Assembly: GCA_902539635.1 (NCBI GenBank) | Contig: CACBJQ010000002.1 | Location: 37,295-101,294 of the forward strand | DNA length: 64,000 nucleotides | Reading direction: 5' to 3' | Source of the DNA: an uncultured Alphaproteobacteria bacterium | Lineage (GTDB): Bacteria; Pseudomonadota; Alphaproteobacteria; HIMB59 | Shown here: positions 62,801-64,000 of the stretch, one piece after another | Layout: each line of letters opens with the position of its first letter | How positions within the stretch are numbered: the first letter of the stretch is position 1 | Notes under the pieces: generated by a model | What the model was told of the DNA's origin: nothing | Seen by the model: the letters and a program-made list of their open reading frames with translations, nothing else | The model's database searches: none | Translations under genes and position numbers: made by a program

Positions 62801-64000
62801 ATAAAAAAAGATGGGGGATCAGAGTCTGCGGTTGCAGTTGGTAGTTCATATAATAGTAATGGCACTCAAGTTACAGGAGCTTACGGTACTCTTACAATAG
62901 GAGCTAACGGTTCATATAATTACAGCGCTAATCTAGACGCAGCTGATGGTATCTCTGCTGGTCAGCAGGCCACTGACACGTTTGTTTATACTTTAAGTGA
63001 TGGCACCCAAACTACCACCGCCACGCTTACAATAACTATTTTAGGTGTAAACGATAATCCTACCGCACAAAATGATGTGGGTGTGATCAGAGAAGGCTCA
63101 ACCTTAACAGTAGAAAATAGCGATAACGCAAACGTCGCGGGATCTTTTGATGTTACAGGAGAACACTCCGGTGATCTTATCAACACTACATCAAGCTCTC
63201 ACAAAGACAGTGACCCAGACACTAACGACACCTTAACTATCACAAAGATCCAACACAGCGGTGCGGGCTCTGCAACTAACGTTACAAATCAAACATACTC
63301 GCACGGCTCTGCAACTTCTGTATCAGGCTCTTATGGTACTTTGACAATAGGATCAGATGGATCCTATAAATATGTAGCAAATGATAACATCACAGGTTTA
63401 GATAGTAGCAGTGACTCAGTTACAGACACGTTCACTTATACCCTCTCTGATGGAACTGCCACAACGACGGCTACTGTTACGATCACAGTCGTTGGAGGAG
63501 ATGGAAACAGACCTCCTGTAGCAACAAACAATACTAATTCAGTTAACGAAGACGCAACAGTAACTGCATCAGATGGATCATCAGGTGCAACAGGAGATGT
63601 TGTATCTAATGATAGTGATCCAGATGGGGATACTATGACGGTAACGGCAATCCAACCTGGTAGCGGCTCTACCTCCTCGGTCACCTCTGGTACTACAAAC
63701 TCTAACGGCACTTCAGTAACAGGAACTTACGGTACACTCACAATCGGTGCTGATGGTTCTTATACTTATGTAGCAGATCAAAGTGCAGCCGATGATTTAG
63801 ATTTAAACGACAATGCAACAGATGTCTTCACTTACACTGTCTCTGATGGAAATGGTGGTCAGGATACTGCCACAATTACAATAACACTTACTGGTGTCAA
63901 TGATGACCCTGTAGCTGTCAATGATACAAACTCTGTCTCAGAAGATGGTACTATTACTGTTACGGGTGCGGCTCCTAACGATGTTTTAGTTAATGACTCA
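53801..64000 (+). CDS. Giant repetitive surface protein/adhesin (LEPRxLL-type motif, DUF4347/CPDadh, VCBS/Ig repeats, inserted beta-propellers); runs off the window
   Basis: Absent from the ORF track, which is consistent with no stop before 64000. TTG at 53801 after GAGG: MVKDNKNYPQLHIQLLEPRIMFDGAA. The same frame read cleanly at every position I translated through to ...APNDVLVNDS at 64000, giving at least 3400 codons. Confidence 0.93.
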   Translation, partial: MVKDNKNYPQLHIQLLEPRIMFDGAAIYSASEALDMLDDQQSFQVDEKKLSSDLNPIIENSNSRKEIVFIDSGVDNYQTIVDSIDSSKSIYLIDSNENGFTKMQNVLQGHSDVDAVHIIGHSSAGQVVLGNSILNADTINSFSNTLQSIGNSLTQDGDLLFYGCNLAQGEQGKLLLQQIGNITQADIAASDDITGKGGDWKLEHNYGIVETNGIEVVDYNSSLLQRGISSVFGFVENTGTDLRAGRNAANHASSASNHSDGYKPFVIAYENTVTSGSYTFYKNSNTGSGFEESNSGVQTAGPNISSNTTTVDASTTPMNVYYVYASENSGRNTTRSVTFEGEIKGVWFTMNNIVSYSGVSKDGATYHTESQHGSNNRNAFSTEKLKWNWGTNLTINSKPDHKNDWFGVDTDSNTLYVGFNNGADHGDIIRVFTADTTNQAPTAADDNGVVNENATLTVTNGANKNESGGSYDTNGEHSGDVIDTTNTASKDQDPDGDTLSVSAVRLGSTEGSGTSGTVGSALTGTYGQLTLNSNGSYTYVANQPAADLLDAGDIAYDYFNYTVTDTSLTDTARLTIRINGINDDVTAVNDFGVVTENATLTVTDGESQNLSGSYDTHDEHSGDVAANEQDADASAVHTITAIRTGSTEGSGTPGSLGSALTGTYGQLTLNANGSYTYVANQAAAEALDDGESAWDYFNYTVSDGTDTDNGRIDIKVLGINDAPVGRNDEGVIAEGSTLTVANSANANETNDSGTTYNATGEHTGDVLDTSLATSEDTDVDTNETLTVSAIRTGRESAAAATFVDSKSVQSGTTGGIAFNTDGTKMFVANVTNDDVDEYTLSTGFDVSTASYDSNFSVASQDGGPNGIAFNTDGTKMFIAGKQTDSVYEYTLSTGFDVSTASYDSSFSIASQEGSVTDLAFNTDGTKMFTVGTDNRSVYEYNLSTGFDVSTASYVDGFSVASQETVPTGLEFSADGKRMFITGNNGDDITEYKLTTAFDVSTSSHVGQFDVSSQETQASSIAFNAEGTKMFVLGYNGEDVNEYNLTSAFRVANDTGSVGSTLVGAYGTLTLNSNGSYTYAANNSIVGLDASESVYDYFTYTVSDGTDTDTAELKITVLGASNTAPVARDDVGVILEDGTLNVADGANANESGGTYDATGEHSGDVLHTSSTTHYDTDADGDTLTVTQIKPSGGSNSAVNNNTTYNGSGSSAGTTVTGTYGQLTIGSDGSYSYAANQAAADLLDAGDEVDDVFVYTVSDGTTADDQTANITIKVIGINDVPVAQDDEGVIVEGSTLTVANSANANETNDTGSTYNATGEHTGDVIDTSLAGSKDSDADASASLRVSKIKLSGGTNSDVNNNTTYNGSGGSAGTSITGTYGTLTIGSDGSYSYAATTAAANALDAGESQADTFEYTLTDGTAIATANLTITVLGANDAPVARDDSGTIVEDGTLTVSDGDGNSTISGASFVDSFDVSGQDTAPLDISFNNDGTKMFVLGNAGKDVNEYTLSTGFDVSTASFVDSFSVNSQETSPKSISFNNDGTKMFILGSEGDDVNEYTLSTGFDVSTASFVDSFDVSSNASSPLAVTFNNDGTKMFVTCSFNRNVNEYTLSTGFDVSTASYDSNFSVSSQDGNPFDITFNTDGTKMFILGHDGDDVNEYTLSTGFDVSTASFVDSFSVNSQDTSPVSVCFNNDGTKMFVIGAAGVDINEYTLTTPFSLVNVSGEHTGDVIDTSNTSTYDTDVDVETLTVSAVRKGSSEGSGTAGTVGQALTGTYGDLTLNADGSYTYVANHADADALDAGDVVTDTFNYTVTDGTAEDTAVITITIIGVNDTPTAQNDFGAIVEDGTLTVTNGANASNDGSINTTGEHSGDLMDTSSASHKDSDVDASDSLSITQIKKSGGSNSAVASGSSYNSSGTQVVGTYGTLTIGADGSYTYAATQDAADALDEGETANDVFTYTLFDGTATTTADLTITVIGANEAPVARDDSGTVIEDGTLTVSDGDNTSTIVGASFVDSFDLSSQESSPQGVAFNTDGTKMFIVGWGGDEVNEYTLSTGFDVSTASYDSNFSVASQESIAQDIAFNTDGTKMFIVGSGGDKVNEYHLSTGFDVSTASYDSNFSVASQEDSPQGLAFNNDGTKMFITGGAGDDVNEYTLSTGFDVSTASFVDSFSISSQDTLPNGLAFSNDGKKMFVTGNNDDDINEYTLSTGFDVSTASFVGSISVTSQDTVPGGIKFNHDGTKLFMVGVNGADINEYTLTTPFSLIDVSGEHTGDVLDTSNTSTRDTDVDVETLLVTAVRTGSSEGSGTDGTVGSALTGTYGQLTLNSNGSYTYVANQSAADDLDAGDVVTDSFNYTVSDGTSGTVATDTAVITITVIGINDAPTAQDDVGFIVEDGTLTVTNGANATLDGSYDSTGENSGDLMDTTSASHKDSDVDDHDTLSITQIKKSGGSNSSVAIGSSYNSSGTQVVGTYGTLTIGADGSYTYIANQDAADVLDVGQSANDVFTYTLTDGVTSTTANLTITVLGANDAPVAQDDTGTINEDDTLTVANGDDSNTISGASFVKTKVFPSTEIRMSTGHTFNNDGTKLYVLDYTDKDISEYTLSTAFDVSTASYVDNFNFSAQDSQGQVYDLVFNTDGTKMFIVSNASDSIIEYHLSTAFDVSTASYDSSLSTFNNSGVTIDHAPVALAFNTDGTKMFMVGSANDKVNEYTLSTGFDISTASYVDGFSFSSQTTGPYGLTFNNDGTKMFLMDVYDDEVHEYTLSTGFDVSTASHSGSFVQTKETAPVGLSFNPDGTKMFITGTNSNSIHEFALTTPFSLVNISGEHTGDVIDTSSTSNKDSDVDGDTLTVTQIKKSGGSNSAVSSGTTNTNGTSVTGTYGVLTIGADGSYKYIANQTAADALDAGDQVTDVFTYTLSDGALTDTANITITVIGINDAPTAQNDVGVINEDAEFSVLDGANKNETGGSFNASGEYSGDLINTTSASHVDSDADASASLTITSIKKDGGSESAVAVGSSYNSNGTQVTGAYGTLTIGANGSYNYSANLDAADGISAGQQATDTFVYTLSDGTQTTTATLTITILGVNDNPTAQNDVGVIREGSTLTVENSDNANVAGSFDVTGEHSGDLINTTSSSHKDSDPDTNDTLTITKIQHSGAGSATNVTNQTYSHGSATSVSGSYGTLTIGSDGSYKYVANDNITGLDSSSDSVTDTFTYTLSDGTATTTATVTITVVGGDGNRPPVATNNTNSVNEDATVTASDGSSGATGDVVSNDSDPDGDTMTVTAIQPGSGSTSSVTSGTTNSNGTSVTGTYGTLTIGADGSYTYVADQSAADDLDLNDNATDVFTYTVSDGNGGQDTATITITLTGVNDDPVAVNDTNSVSEDGTITVTGAAPNDVLVNDS
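56198..56950 (+). repeat. Five 51-aa beta-propeller blade repeats, module 1
   Basis: F(N/S)xxG(T/K)(K/R)MF motif at 56252, 56405, 56558, 56711, 56864, an exact 153-nt period. Confidence 0.88.
58193..58954 (+). repeat. Five 51-aa beta-propeller blade repeats, module 2
   Basis: FNxDGTKMF at 58253, 58406, 58559, 58712, 58865. Confidence 0.88.
59828..60589 (+). repeat. Five 51-aa beta-propeller blade repeats, module 3
   Basis: Motif at 59888, 60041, 60194, 60347, 60500. Confidence 0.88.
61475..62257 (+). repeat. Five 50-56-aa beta-propeller blade repeats, module 4 (diverged)
   Basis: Motif at 61538, 61697, 61865, 62018, 62168 (spacings 159, 168, 153, 150 nt). Confidence 0.85.

Larger units (their letters stand above)
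55110..64000 (+). repeat. 13 complete plus one partial VCBS/Ig-like repeats of ~130-155 aa
   Basis: Recurring NDAPxAxDD...E(D/G)xTLTV...GEHxGD...D.D.D...GTYGxLT(L/I)xxxGSYxY...D.FxYT(V/L)xDG...xxITVxG. Confidence 0.9.

Noticed and set aside
55000-63711. Many short minus-strand and off-frame ORFs listed in the track over the last 9 kb
   Set aside because: They are shadows of the giant plus-strand ORF and repeat with its period.
53801-64000. Higher GC of the giant gene as proof of recent horizontal transfer
   Set aside because: Its Gly/Ala/Thr/Asp-rich composition raises GC on its own, as in the porin, and third codon positions still look AT-rich; transfer is not shown by this alone.

Overview
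AT-rich, streamlined alphaproteobacterial chromosome segment. Gene content and very short intergenic spaces suggest a marine SAR11-like or HIMB59-like lineage; this is inference, not a database assignment. The first ~51 kb is mostly housekeeping around the replication origin: his genes, hslVU, dnaQ-coaE-aroE-maf, a putative oriC at ~11.38-11.64 kb, rho, mnmEG-rsmG-parAB with a parS inside the first codons of mnmG, holA-lptE-leuS, a porin, ftsK, tRNA-Gly(GCC), purH, rpe, rsmB, acs, tsaD, rpoE-chrR and argG. Heme genes normally found at two of these conserved loci (hemE-hemH-hemJ before rho; hemC-hemD before the Mic60/HemY pair) are absent, as is gpsA. The last ~13 kb holds the most unusual system. 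A TolC-family lipoprotein fused to a cadherin-like domain and a SPOR domain is divergently paired with a giant ORF that the ORF track misses (53801 to beyond 64000, at least 3400 aa). That protein has a LEPRxxF motif, a DUF4347/CPDadh caspase-like domain with His and Cys, a unique domain, and at least 13 VCBS/Ig-like repeats. Four of those repeats carry a complete five-repeat beta-propeller inserted into a loop. All family calls are from motif recognition by eye; no searches were run.
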